A DNA stretch of 64,000 nucleotides from Arthrobacter sp. (lineage in GTDB: Bacteria > Actinomycetota > Actinomycetes > Actinomycetales > Micrococcaceae). Positions 52,904 to 62,230 of the stretch are shown here, in pieces. The position numbers and the translations under genes were made by a program. Location of the stretch: contig JBELYP010000006.1 of the NCBI GenBank assembly GCA_040273995.1, positions 314 to 64,313 of the forward strand, read 5' to 3'. Within the stretch, counting starts at the first letter, position 1. Every line of letters begins with the position of its first letter. Below the pieces are notes generated by a model that saw only the letters and a program-made list of their open reading frames with translations, did not search any database and was not told where the DNA came from.

Positions 52904-55120
52904 CTATGCGGCTGACACCGGGAACCGCTCCCACACGCGGTGCTGGCCGAGCAGGGTAACCAGGCCGGGCACCAGCTCATCCGGGGATTCAACCAGGATG
53001 CCCGGTGCCTCCTGGGGAATCCCGGACGCTCCCAGCACACCGGCGCCGCTGCCCCAGGCACCGAGCGCCTTCGAGTGGCGGTAGGCCTCCGTGAGCAGGA
53101 TGGCCACCCGCGGGTCGACCGCGGGGTGCCCGGACGGGTTCCCTGCCTTAGCGTCCAGGCTGTCCACTGCATCGATGCCGTATTCGCCAGAACCGGCGAC
53201 GATTACGGCGTCGAATTCCGTTGAGCGCGCGGTCAGGTACGTGCGCTGGACCGGAATCTGGCCGCCCAGCATCCCGCCCTGCGGGGCGATGACGAGCGGA
53301 ACCATGTCTGCCGCATCAACTGCGGCACGAATCCGGGCCAGGGCCGCGAGGTCCGTGCTGCCGTCGGCGAGGATGCCCACAATCCGGCCATCCACCGGCC
53401 AGGTGCCTCCTACCTGCTGGAGGGCAGGGCTCGGCTCGGTGTCTTCGACCTTCAGCGACGGAGCCGGTGCAGGCAGGCCGAGGCCTGCTGCCACTTCGGC
53501 GCACAGCCGTTCGTCAATGTTCGCGAGCGCCTGGAGCTGGCGGACCTTGATGTTCTCCTCGTAGCACTTGCCGAGTTCGAACGTGTAGGCCTGGATCACG
53601 TGGTCCTGTTCCACCGGGGTCAGCGAACGGAAGAACTGCCGCGGCTGGCTGTAGTGATCGCCAAACGTGGCCGGGTTCTCCCGGACCTTGCGGGACTTGG
53701 CCACCGGCGCCGGCACATCGATGAAGGCTCCCATGTCCGCTCCGGCGAGGAAGGGGCAGCCGCCGTCCAGCGAATTGGGCTGGTAGGGAGCCACTCCGCT
53801 GTGCACGGCATCCTGGTGGAAGCCGTCGCGGAGCATGTCGTTCACCGGCGCGTGGGGCCGGTTGATGGGGATCTGCGCGAAGTTGGGTCCGCCGAGGCGG
53901 GTGAGCTGGGTGTCGATGTAGGAGAACAGCCGGCCCTGGAGCAGCGGATCGTTGGTGACGTCGATTCCCGGGACCAGGTGGCCGGGGTGAAAGGCCACCT
54001 GCTCGGTTTCGGCGAAGAAGTTGGTGACGTTCCGGTTCAGCGTCATGGTGCCGATGATCTGCACCGGAGCCAGTTCCTCGGGCACGATCTTGGTGGGATC
54101 CAGCAGGTCGATGCCCTCGAACATCTCATCCTCGGTGTCCGGGAAGACCTGCACGCCCAGGTCCCATTCCGGATAGGCACCGGCTTCGATGGCGTCTGCC
54201 AGGTCCCGGCGGTGGTAGTCGGGGTCCATGCCGTTGATGATCTGCGCTTCTTCCCAGACCAGGGAATGCACGCCAAGGCGGGGCTTCCAGTGGAACTTCA
54301 CCAGGGACGTCTCGCCCTTGGCGTTGACTACGCGGAAGGTATGGACCCCGAAGCCCTCCATGGTGCGGTAGGAGCGCGGGATGCCGCGGTCCGTCATGTT
54401 CCACATGGTGTGGTGCTGTGCTTCGGTGTGGAGCGAGACAAAGTCCCAGAAGGTGTCGTGTGCACTCTGTGCCTGGGGGATTTCCCGGTCCGGGTGCGGC
54501 TTCCCGGCATGAATCACATCCGGGAACTTGATTGCGTCCTGGATAAAGAACACTGGAATGTTGTTCCCCACCAGGTCAAACGTTCCCTCATCGGTGTAGA
54601 ACTTGGTGGCGAAGCCGCGGGTGTCCCGCACGGTGTCTGCCGATCCGCGCGAACCCAGCACGGTGGAGAATCGGACGAAGACGGGCGTCTGGGCGTCGCG
54701 GGCCAGGAAACTCGCCCGGGTTATGCCTTCGGCAGCACCGTTCGCCACGAAGACGCCGTGAGCGGCCGCACCGCGTGCGTGGACCACACGCTCGGGAATG
54801 CGCTCATGGTCGAAGTGCGTGATCTTCTCGCGCAGGTGGTGGTCCTGGAGGAGGACGGGTCCGCGGGGGCCGGCCTTGAGGGAGTGGTCCGTGTCCCGCA
54901 GCCGTGCGCCCTGCGCCGTCGTCAGGTAACGCCCGGACTGCGCGTTGGAGGTCTTGGGTGCTCCGGTGGGCACTCCGGTGGGAGAGACCGTCTCCGGGCC
55001 GTCCTGGTCCGGCTTCGGGGGCAGCGGTTCGTGCGGCTCCGTCGGTTCGGCGAGTGAGGGTTCCTGCGGGGCAGGGGCTCCTGGAATAGGAAGTCCGTTG
55101 GCTGATGTCTGATCTGACAT
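52904..55120 (-). CDS. katE: Large-subunit catalase HPII
   Basis: FDHERIPERVVHARG, DLVGNN, RLFSYIDTQ and an extra C-terminal domain. Confidence 0.96.
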   Translation of the reverse strand: MSDQTSANGLPIPGAPAPQEPSLAEPTEPHEPLPPKPDQDGPETVSPTGVPTGAPKTSNAQSGRYLTTAQGARLRDTDHSLKAGPRGPVLLQDHHLREKITHFDHERIPERVVHARGAAAHGVFVANGAAEGITRASFLARDAQTPVFVRFSTVLGSRGSADTVRDTRGFATKFYTDEGTFDLVGNNIPVFFIQDAIKFPDVIHAGKPHPDREIPQAQSAHDTFWDFVSLHTEAQHHTMWNMTDRGIPRSYRTMEGFGVHTFRVVNAKGETSLVKFHWKPRLGVHSLVWEEAQIINGMDPDYHRRDLADAIEAGAYPEWDLGVQVFPDTEDEMFEGIDLLDPTKIVPEELAPVQIIGTMTLNRNVTNFFAETEQVAFHPGHLVPGIDVTNDPLLQGRLFSYIDTQLTRLGGPNFAQIPINRPHAPVNDMLRDGFHQDAVHSGVAPYQPNSLDGGCPFLAGADMGAFIDVPAPVAKSRKVRENPATFGDHYSQPRQFFRSLTPVEQDHVIQAYTFELGKCYEENIKVRQLQALANIDERLCAEVAAGLGLPAPAPSLKVEDTEPSPALQQVGGTWPVDGRIVGILADGSTDLAALARIRAAVDAADMVPLVIAPQGGMLGGQIPVQRTYLTARSTEFDAVIVAGSGEYGIDAVDSLDAKAGNPSGHPAVDPRVAILLTEAYRHSKALGAWGSGAGVLGASGIPQEAPGILVESPDELVPGLVTLLGQHRVWERFPVSAA

Positions 55121-55265
55121 GTGGCCTCCATCTGATGGAACTTATTGCTGCACCGGGGCGCAGCTCCAAGACGAGCGTACCGATAAATAGTAAGGGTACT
55201 TAACATACGACCCTACGGCCTGGCCCGCTCCTGCGCAAAGGGCTTGCAGCGCGGCCGGCAACGCA

Positions 55266-55311
55266 AAGGACGGACCCGCCTGTAGGGGGGAACACAGGCA
55301 GATCCGTCCTT
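55266..55311 (-). terminator. Terminator closing the peptide operon
   Basis: Minus strand AAGGACGGATCTGCCTGT...ACAGGCGGGTCCGTCCTT. Both mismatches are G-U pairs only on this strand, and the hairpin ends in TTT. Confidence 0.6.
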
Positions 55312-55428
55312 CGTGGGGACAATGCCCCCTGCCGTCCGGGACGCCGCGCCTTTCAGCGGGCCTTGGCGTCCTGACGGACATTCTTGGTCCCGGCAGCTCT
55401 GGCCGGGCCGTTCACCGCAGTGCCGCGG

Positions 55429-55620
55429 CTACTCCCACAGGCAGTCGGCCCAGGCGGCGTCCCTCAGGTAATCCCTGGCGGGCCCTACGCTCCAGAGCTC
55501 TCCGCGTGATTCGACGTAGCCCATGCCGCGCATGTCCTCGACAGTTCCCTCGTCGCAGCCCAGGACCGTACCCAGGTCCTTGTCATCGGCAGCCAGAACT
55601 ACTTCATTCCGTTGCGACAC
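55429..55620 (-). CDS. Small acidic hypothetical protein (63 aa)
   Basis: AAGGAGG RBS before GTG 55620; MSQRNEVVLAADDKDLGTVLGCDEGTVEDMRGMGYVESRGELWSVGPARDYLRDAAWADCLWE. Confidence 0.65.
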   Translation of the reverse strand: MSQRNEVVLAADDKDLGTVLGCDEGTVEDMRGMGYVESRGELWSVGPARDYLRDAAWADCLWE

Positions 55621-55671
55621 CGTGACCGCCTCCTTACTCCGTGCTGACTCCCCCCGGTCCATCCGGGAAAG

Positions 55672-56631
55672 TTAGTGCTTATCCAGAAGCATGGCTTCAC
55701 GCTCCGTGCTCCACGTCCGTGCATACAGCCCCATGGCTGCTTCCTCGCGGAGGGAGAGCCCTAGCCGGTTGAGAAGCATGTGTGCCTGGTAGACCGTCAG
55801 ATGCTGTGCGCTGCGGCTCACGCGTGCCTTGTCTGCACGGTAGAGGTAGGTATCCATCGTGCGGAACCAGCGGCGCCGCCAGTTCTCCACGGCCGATTCC
55901 GCGGCCGTGGCTGCCATCAGCCGGTGGGTCGGCATGACCTTCGCGCCCACCTGGACCGTCATGGCCTGCCGGACGCTCGCGGCACGCGGGCCGAAGCCGG
56001 CAGTGCAGCTGCGCAGATGGCTGTCCCAGTAGTAGTCCCAGGAAAGCCGGCGGCGGTCCGGCCAGCTGGAGGCACGCGGCCCCTTCATCATGCTGCGTGC
56101 GGAATCGAAGAGCAGCAGGGAGCCAAGTGCCCAGCGGTTCTGCACCTTCGGAAACCGGGCAGTGGCCCAGGTACCAAGGTCTGAGGACAGCTCGAAGACC
56201 TCTTCCGCCAGAGCCAGCCCTTCAACTCCGCCGTACTTGGCAAGATCTGCTTCGATCCGCGGGTCCTGCTGCTCCATCCCGCCGGGACCCATCCGGTCCG
56301 AGGCGGGGTCTCCGAAGGTGTGGGTGACGGTCAGGTGCCCTATGACACCGCTCGCCTGTTCCTGAAGAGCCACCAGGAGCGACTTGAGGCGGTCCAGCGT
56401 CTCCTGGGGAGCGAGGACCTTCATTCGCACGTGGGCGTTCGCAGGCTCAGAGCAGCGGGTGTAAAACCACCGCTGCGCCCCCCATAGCTGGGCCTGCGCC
56501 GCCAGCGGGGTAACCAGTTCTCCAATGATGCCGTCCGCTACATCGAAGCCGCCGGTATAGATGGATAGTGTCCACCAATGAATGCTTGCATTAGTTCGCG
56601 AGGCGTTTCGAACTGCTGTTAGCTGGCTCAT
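55672..56631 (-). CDS. Stand-alone Lant_dehydr_C / thiopeptide-type biosynthesis domain protein
   Basis: WFYTRC, HVRMK, KYGG...AEEVF..SS and HMLLNRLG...E align with the family motifs WFFxRY, HLRLR, RYGG...AExxF and HMxxNRL. Confidence 0.8.
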   Translation of the reverse strand: MSQLTAVRNASRTNASIHWWTLSIYTGGFDVADGIIGELVTPLAAQAQLWGAQRWFYTRCSEPANAHVRMKVLAPQETLDRLKSLLVALQEQASGVIGHLTVTHTFGDPASDRMGPGGMEQQDPRIEADLAKYGGVEGLALAEEVFELSSDLGTWATARFPKVQNRWALGSLLLFDSARSMMKGPRASSWPDRRRLSWDYYWDSHLRSCTAGFGPRAASVRQAMTVQVGAKVMPTHRLMAATAAESAVENWRRRWFRTMDTYLYRADKARVSRSAQHLTVYQAHMLLNRLGLSLREEAAMGLYARTWSTEREAMLLDKH

Positions 56632-56726
56632 GGCGTTCTTCCTCCGGGTTCAAGTCTGGTTACCGCCGCTGGGGCGGGTCTAGATGTGCTGCTGGTGGTT
56701 CATCCCCCAAAAATGAGGGGCCTAAG

Positions 56727-56777
56727 TTAGAACCATTCCCAGCTCTTGATGGAAACCGGTGCAGTTGCCTTCTTCAT
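56727..56777 (-). CDS. 16-aa peptide MKKATAPVSIKSWEWF (putative precursor, signal or leader peptide)
   Basis: AAGAGGGG RBS, ATG at 56777 and TAA at 56727, followed by hairpin CCCTCA-TTTT-TGGGGG; immediately upstream of the Lant_dehydr_C gene. Confidence 0.7.
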   Translation of the reverse strand: MKKATAPVSIKSWEWF

Positions 56778-57106
56778 GTTCGTATCCCCTCTTTTAGTTC
56801 GGCTGGTTGCACAGCCGGTCGTGTTTGACTCCGAAAGCTTCCCCCGCGCCGGAACGGCCTGTCCACCGTTAGCAATTTCAGCTTCCTGTCATGTCCGTTT
56901 GGTGCCCTCGGACACGCCGGAACCCTCTGTCCGATACCTGTGATGCCCCGAAAACGTGCGGATTCCGGCATTTTGGGTACCGAACTAGCTACTGAGGGTG
57001 GACAATGGCATTAAGCTGTCATGTCATTCTCTCCGGGTTCCCAAATTGGGCCGGAACGCATTGTCGGTGAGACGGACAGCTTTCGGCATTCACTGCCGCA
57101 CGGGGC

Positions 57107-58117
57107 ATGCCTGGACTGTTCCCAGCGGCGCAGCTGGAGGAGGAAAACTTGCTCGATCAGGTGTCAGTTGACGTGTACCGCTACGCGGTCTCTCACCCGG
57201 GCTGGACCCCCGCAGAGGCCTCGGACGCACTTGGTTACACGTCGCGGGCCATTGACCGTGCGGTGGAAGAACTCCAGACCCGCTGCCTGCTCTTCGTCGA
57301 GAACGCGCAGAACCCTGTCTATACCGCCGTTTCCCCCGACGTCGCGCTGGCAGAACTGGTCGATCCGGATGAACGGGCGATGCTGGAACTCCGCGCCAGC
57401 ATCGGCGCGAAGCGGCGTGAGCTGGCGGCCCTGGTGCCCACTTTCACCGAGGCCCGGCGCCAGGTAGCTGCGGATGCCTCCGTGGAAGTCCTGGAGGATC
57501 CCGAGCAGGTGCAGCGGGTCCTGATTGAGTACGGGCGTTCAGCGTCGGAGAGCGTGCTGATTGCCAGGCCGGGGCACGGCTCTAACGCAGACTTCCAGGA
57601 AGAGAGCGTGCAGAAGGACCTGGACCTGCTCCGCGCCGGGGTAAAGCGCCAGACCCTTTACCACTCCAGCACACGGGACCACGTGCCTACCTGCAAGGCG
57701 GTGGAACGCATCAGCGAAGCTGGCGGTGAGTTCCGCACCCTGCCCTATGTGCCGCTGCGAACCCTCATTTTCGATGACAAGGTGGCCGTAGTGGCCCGCC
57801 AGCTGCACACCTATGACCGTGCGGGGCTGGTGATCCGGGATCTGAACCTCATTGGCCTCTTTACCAAGCTCTTCGAGTTCGCGTGGAGCCTGGCCGAGCC
57901 CTTCCTCGCGGACGACCCGGGCAAGCAGGGGCTCACCAGCACCCAGCGCTCAGTGCTCGCGGGCCTCGCAGCAGGACACTCTGATGAGGTCATCGCCCGC
58001 AGGGTGGGAATCAGCGTGCGGACCTGCCGCCGGCACATCGCCTGGATGCTGGAGGAGCTCAAGGCAGAGAGCCGCTTCCAGGCCGGGATCAAGGCCCACA
58101 AGGCTGGCTGGATCTAG
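57107..58117 (+). CDS. TrmB-like HTH / LuxR C-terminal transcriptional regulator
   Basis: N-terminal wHTH, central LIFDDKVAVV domain and C-terminal GHSDEVIARRVGISVRTCRRHI...SRFQAG...GWI. Confidence 0.88.
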   Translation: MPGLFPAAQLEEENLLDQVSVDVYRYAVSHPGWTPAEASDALGYTSRAIDRAVEELQTRCLLFVENAQNPVYTAVSPDVALAELVDPDERAMLELRASIGAKRRELAALVPTFTEARRQVAADASVEVLEDPEQVQRVLIEYGRSASESVLIARPGHGSNADFQEESVQKDLDLLRAGVKRQTLYHSSTRDHVPTCKAVERISEAGGEFRTLPYVPLRTLIFDDKVAVVARQLHTYDRAGLVIRDLNLIGLFTKLFEFAWSLAEPFLADDPGKQGLTSTQRSVLAGLAAGHSDEVIARRVGISVRTCRRHIAWMLEELKAESRFQAGIKAHKAGWI

Positions 58118-58162
58118 AAAACTTGTGTTGCTTGGCAGTCAACTTCAGTGCCATGATGTGGC

Positions 58163-59458
58163 ATGACTTTTGAGGAAACAACGGGGTCGGTGCTGACCCC
58201 GGAAGCCCAGGCGGCGCTGGAGCGGGCCACCGGCTCAGCCCACCGGCACTACGAACTCCTTTCGGACCGCGCGTTCCATATCAAGCAGTCGGCCGTTCGG
58301 GACGTCTTTGACATTTCCATCCGGCCGGGACTCATCTCACTCGCCGGCGGCAGTCCGTACCTGCAGGAGCTGCCGCTGGATGAGCTCGCCGAGACCACGG
58401 CTTCGATCATCCGTGACCACGGCCTTGCCGCCCTGCAGTACGGTCCCGGCCAGGGCCTCCAGGAGCTGCGCGAAATGGCGTGCGAGGTCATGGCTGCGGA
58501 GGGAATCCTGAACGCTGATCCGGCCGACGTCGTCATCACCACCGGCTCCCAGTCCGGCCAGGATGTGGCCGCCAAGGTTTTCTGCAATCCCGGCGACGTA
58601 GTGCTGTGCGAGGATCCTACTTATGTGGGCGCGCTCAACGCCTTTGAGTCCTATGAAGTGGACATCCAGCTCGTGGCCATGGATGACCAGGGGCTGATCC
58701 CCGAGGCACTTGAGGAACGGATCCAATCGCTGCGCGCCGCCGGCAAAGCCGTGAAGATGCTCTATACGATCCCCAGCTTCAACAATCCCAGCGGCATCAC
58801 GCTTGCCGCAGGCCGGCGGGATGAAGTGGTGCGGATCTGCCGCGAGAACAACATCCTGGTGCTGGAGGACAATCCCTACGGACTGCTCCGGTTCGACGGC
58901 GAGCCGCTGGCGCCGCTGCGCGCGTCGCACCCCGAAGACGTGCTGTATCTGGGGTCCTTCTCCAAGATCTTCTCACCGGGGATGCGCCTGGGCTGGGCGC
59001 TGGTTCCCCGGCACCTGTTCCGCCGGTTCTACCTGGCCTGCGAGGCAGTGGTTCTCTGCCCCTCACCCCTGACCCAGATGATCACTGCGGCCTACCTGCG
59101 GGATTACGACTGGATGGGACGCATTCGGGACTCCCGCCGCCTCTACGCGGACCGCTGTGCAGCCATGCTGGCCGCACTCGAGGATCAGATGCCCGACGGC
59201 GTCAGCTGGACGGTGCCGGACGGAGGGTTCTTCATCTGGGTGAGCCTGCCGGAGGGCGTTGACACCTACCCGCTGCTGGCGGAAGCGATCGACGCCGGGA
59301 CGGTCTTCATTCCGGGCACGGCCTTTACTCCCGAAGATGAGCCCAGTTCCAGGCTGCGGCTGGCGTTCAGCGCCGTCTCGGAACAGGACATTGCCGAAGG
59401 TGTTCGGCGGCTGGCACCGGTGATCCGGCGTGCAGTCGCAGCCGCCGGAACGGCGTAG
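58163..59458 (+). CDS. PLP-dependent aminotransferase class I/II (LysN/ARO8-like)
   Basis: ISLAGG, FNNPSG, EDNPY and GSFSKIFSPGMRLGW. Confidence 0.92.
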   Translation: MTFEETTGSVLTPEAQAALERATGSAHRHYELLSDRAFHIKQSAVRDVFDISIRPGLISLAGGSPYLQELPLDELAETTASIIRDHGLAALQYGPGQGLQELREMACEVMAAEGILNADPADVVITTGSQSGQDVAAKVFCNPGDVVLCEDPTYVGALNAFESYEVDIQLVAMDDQGLIPEALEERIQSLRAAGKAVKMLYTIPSFNNPSGITLAAGRRDEVVRICRENNILVLEDNPYGLLRFDGEPLAPLRASHPEDVLYLGSFSKIFSPGMRLGWALVPRHLFRRFYLACEAVVLCPSPLTQMITAAYLRDYDWMGRIRDSRRLYADRCAAMLAALEDQMPDGVSWTVPDGGFFIWVSLPEGVDTYPLLAEAIDAGTVFIPGTAFTPEDEPSSRLRLAFSAVSEQDIAEGVRRLAPVIRRAVAAAGTA

Positions 59459-59515
59459 GGCCGCACCGGCGCGGCTGTTGCGCGGACCTGCCTGCGCGGA
59501 CCTGCCCGCTCACGC

Positions 59516-59722
59516 CTACTTGCGGCGCCGGCGGTCAAAAATAGGGACCACGATGACGAAAAGCAGGGCCATGATGGCCAGCCGCCAGAGCATGCCCAGG
59601 TTCGGGAACAGGATGATCAGCAGGCTGGAGACAATAAAGGCTCCGACGAGGATCCAAACCGTCCGTTTCCAGTCGATCTGCGGTCCGCCGCCGCGGTTTC
59701 CGGGTCCGGGGTTCATTGCCAT
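59516..59722 (-). CDS. Small two-TM membrane protein
   Basis: Two hydrophobic segments and a basic C-terminus (RRRRK); GGAG RBS. Confidence 0.65.
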   Translation of the reverse strand: MAMNPGPGNRGGGPQIDWKRTVWILVGAFIVSSLLIILFPNLGMLWRLAIMALLFVIVVPIFDRRRRK

Positions 59723-59753
59723 GCTGCTCCGATCATTGGTTCCCTTCCCGAGC

Positions 59754-61196
59754 CTAGTCCAGAAGCAGGGCAGGTTCCTCCAGAATGGCCGCAACGTCCG
59801 CCATAAAGCGGGCTGAAAGGTCCCCGTCCACCACGCGGTGGTCGAAGGAGCCGCCCAGGGTGGTGATCCAGCGCGGGATCACTTCGCCGTCGAGCACCCA
59901 GGGCTTCTGCTTGATGGTGCCAAAGGCAACGATCGCCACTTCACCGGGGTTGATGATCGGTGTTCCGGTGTCGATTCCGAGGGCGCCGATGTTGGTGATG
60001 GTGAGCGTGCCGCCGCGCATGTCCGCGGGCGGAGTCTTGCCCGCCCGGGCAGTGGTTGCGAGCTCGTTCAGCGCCACCGCCAGTTCCTTGAGTGAAAGGT
60101 CCTGGGCGTCCTTGATGTTCGGCACCATCAGGCCCCGCGGCGTGGCTGCGGCAATGCCGAGGTTCATGAAGTGCTTGACGTGGATTTCGTCCCCCGCCCA
60201 GGTGGCGTTGACGGAGGGGTTCCGCGCGGCGGCCCAGATAACGGCCTTGGCCAGGATCAGCAGGGGTGACACCTTGATGCCCTCGAAGTCCCGGGAGGCT
60301 TTCAGCCGCTTGACGAATTCCATGGTCCGCGAGGCATCGACATCCACGAAAATGCTCACGTGCGGTGCGCTGAAGGCACTGTCCACCATGGCCTTGGCGG
60401 TGGCCTTGCGGACGCCCTTCACCGGGACACGCTCAATGCGGCTGTCCTGCGGCTGGCTGGAGGAGGACCAGAAGGTATCGGCCGAATCAACCTCCGACTC
60501 GCGCTGGGCCTGGTAGCTGATCAGGTCCTGCTTGGTCACCTCTCCGCCGGCACCGGTGGCGGGAACGTCGGCAAGGTTGATCCCCAGGTCCTTTGCGGCC
60601 TTGCGGACCGGAGGCTTGGCCAGCACACGCTGGACGAGCCGGTTGAAGCGGTCCTGAACGGCTGCTCCTGCGGCGGCTACGGCTGCTCCGCGCGGATCGG
60701 TCCGGGCGGCGGTCCGCGGCGCGGTGGGTTCCGGCGCTGACGGGGCTGGGTTTTCGGGCTGCTTCGGAGCGGCCGCCTCCCGGGCAGGAACGGGGCGGTT
60801 CCGGCGGGGACGCCGGCGGACGGCGTCGGCCTTCGGACCTGCGCCGGTGAGCGACGCCGAGGGCGGGGCATCGGCGTCGGCGCTTGCCGGCGTCGTTGTC
60901 TGCTGCTGTTTGGCGTTCTTTCCCGCCTTGGCAGGGGCGGGCTTCCCGACGCCTCCTGCGGGGCTCACCTGGAAGATGGGGGTGCCCACTTCAACCGTTG
61001 CTCCTTCCTCGACCAGGATCCCGCTGACCGTGCCGGCGAACGGTGAGGGAAGTTCCACAAGTGACTTCGCGGTCTCGATTTCAACGATCACGTCGTTGAT
61101 CGCAACGGTGTCACCTTCCTTAACCCGCCACTGAACGATTTCAGCCTCGGTAAGGCCTTCCCCGACGTCGGGCAGTTTGAACGTTTTATCAGTCAT
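59754..61196 (-). CDS. 2-oxoacid dehydrogenase E2 (dihydrolipoamide acyltransferase)
   Basis: LPDVGEGL...ETAKS lipoyl domain, AKPPVRK and DHRVVDG. Confidence 0.95.
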   Translation of the reverse strand: MTDKTFKLPDVGEGLTEAEIVQWRVKEGDTVAINDVIVEIETAKSLVELPSPFAGTVSGILVEEGATVEVGTPIFQVSPAGGVGKPAPAKAGKNAKQQQTTTPASADADAPPSASLTGAGPKADAVRRRPRRNRPVPAREAAAPKQPENPAPSAPEPTAPRTAARTDPRGAAVAAAGAAVQDRFNRLVQRVLAKPPVRKAAKDLGINLADVPATGAGGEVTKQDLISYQAQRESEVDSADTFWSSSSQPQDSRIERVPVKGVRKATAKAMVDSAFSAPHVSIFVDVDASRTMEFVKRLKASRDFEGIKVSPLLILAKAVIWAAARNPSVNATWAGDEIHVKHFMNLGIAAATPRGLMVPNIKDAQDLSLKELAVALNELATTARAGKTPPADMRGGTLTITNIGALGIDTGTPIINPGEVAIVAFGTIKQKPWVLDGEVIPRWITTLGGSFDHRVVDGDLSARFMADVAAILEEPALLLD

Positions 61197-61255
61197 GGCA
61201 TCTCGATCTGGCGTGGGCCGGAGGACCGGCGGCGGAAGCTGCGGAAGGGTGGCTG

Positions 61256-62230
61256 TCAGTAGGAGAAGACGGTGTCGAGGGCGTCGAGCAGCCGGTCGAT
61301 GTCCGGCAGGTAATGCTCCTCCACGGCGGCGACTGGGTAGGGCATGTGGAAGCCGCCTACCCGCAGGACGGGCGCTTCCAGGTGCAGGAACGCGCGCTCG
61401 GCTACGCGGGAGGCGATTTCGCCGCCAATACCGCCGAAGGTGGGAGCTTCATGGGTGACGATCAGGCGTCCGGTGCGGCGTACCGACTCGGTGACGGCGT
61501 CGAAGTCGATCGGGGAAATGGAACGCAGGTCGATCACCTCGATGCTGCGGCCGTCTTCGGCGGCCGCTTCGGCAGCGGCCAGGGCCACCGGCACCAGCGG
61601 CCCGTAGGCGACGATCGTGGCGTCGGTTCCGGCACGCAGGATCTGGGCTTTGTACGGGTCGCCCGACGGCGCAGTGGTGTTCACCTCGCCCTTGAGCCAG
61701 TAGCGGCGCTTGGGTTCAAAGACGATCACCGGATCCTTGCCCTGCATCGCCTGCTGGATCATCCAGTAGCCGTCCTGCGGGCTGGAGGGAGCCAGGATGC
61801 GCAGCCCCGCGGTGTGCGCGAAGAGCGCTTCCGGTGACTCCGAGTGGTGCTCGATTGAGCCGATCCCTCCGCCGTACGGGATCCGGATGACCACCGGCGC
61901 GCTGAGGGCTCCTTCACTGCGGGAGTGCATCTTGGCCAGCTGGGTAGTGATCTGGTTGAAGCCGGGGAACACAAAGCCGTCGAACTGAATTTCGCAGACC
62001 GGGCGGTAACCGCGAAGGGCCAGGCCGATGGCGGTGCCGATGATGCCGGACTCAGCGAGCGGGGTATCCATGACACGGTCCGTGCCGAATTCCGCCTGGA
62101 GCCCTTCAGTGATGCGGTAGACGCCGCCGAGGGCACCGATGTCCTCGCCCATCAGCAGGGCCTTGGGATTTGCGGTCAGGCCGGCGCGCAGCCCGGCGTT
62201 GATGGCCTTGGCCATAGTCATGGTGCTCAT
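61256..62230 (-). CDS. 2-oxoacid (pyruvate/branched-chain) dehydrogenase E1 beta
   Basis: [21 protein letters not shown] and EHHSESPE. Confidence 0.95.
   Translation of the reverse strand: MSTMTMAKAINAGLRAGLTANPKALLMGEDIGALGGVYRITEGLQAEFGTDRVMDTPLAESGIIGTAIGLALRGYRPVCEIQFDGFVFPGFNQITTQLAKMHSRSEGALSAPVVIRIPYGGGIGSIEHHSESPEALFAHTAGLRILAPSSPQDGYWMIQQAMQGKDPVIVFEPKRRYWLKGEVNTTAPSGDPYKAQILRAGTDATIVAYGPLVPVALAAAEAAAEDGRSIEVIDLRSISPIDFDAVTESVRRTGRLIVTHEAPTFGGIGGEIASRVAERAFLHLEAPVLRVGGFHMPYPVAAVEEHYLPDIDRLLDALDTVFSY

Noticed and set aside
56680-56716. Micro-ORFs MNHQQHI (minus) and MCCWWFIPQK (plus) next to the 16-aa peptide
   Set aside because: Neither has a convincing, correctly spaced RBS, and the plus-strand one is antisense to the operon; probably chance.
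55672-56777. Calling the locus a complete thiopeptide, lanthipeptide or pyritide cluster
   Set aside because: No glutamylation domain, cyclase, YcaO or transporter in the window, and the peptide is much shorter than typical precursors.
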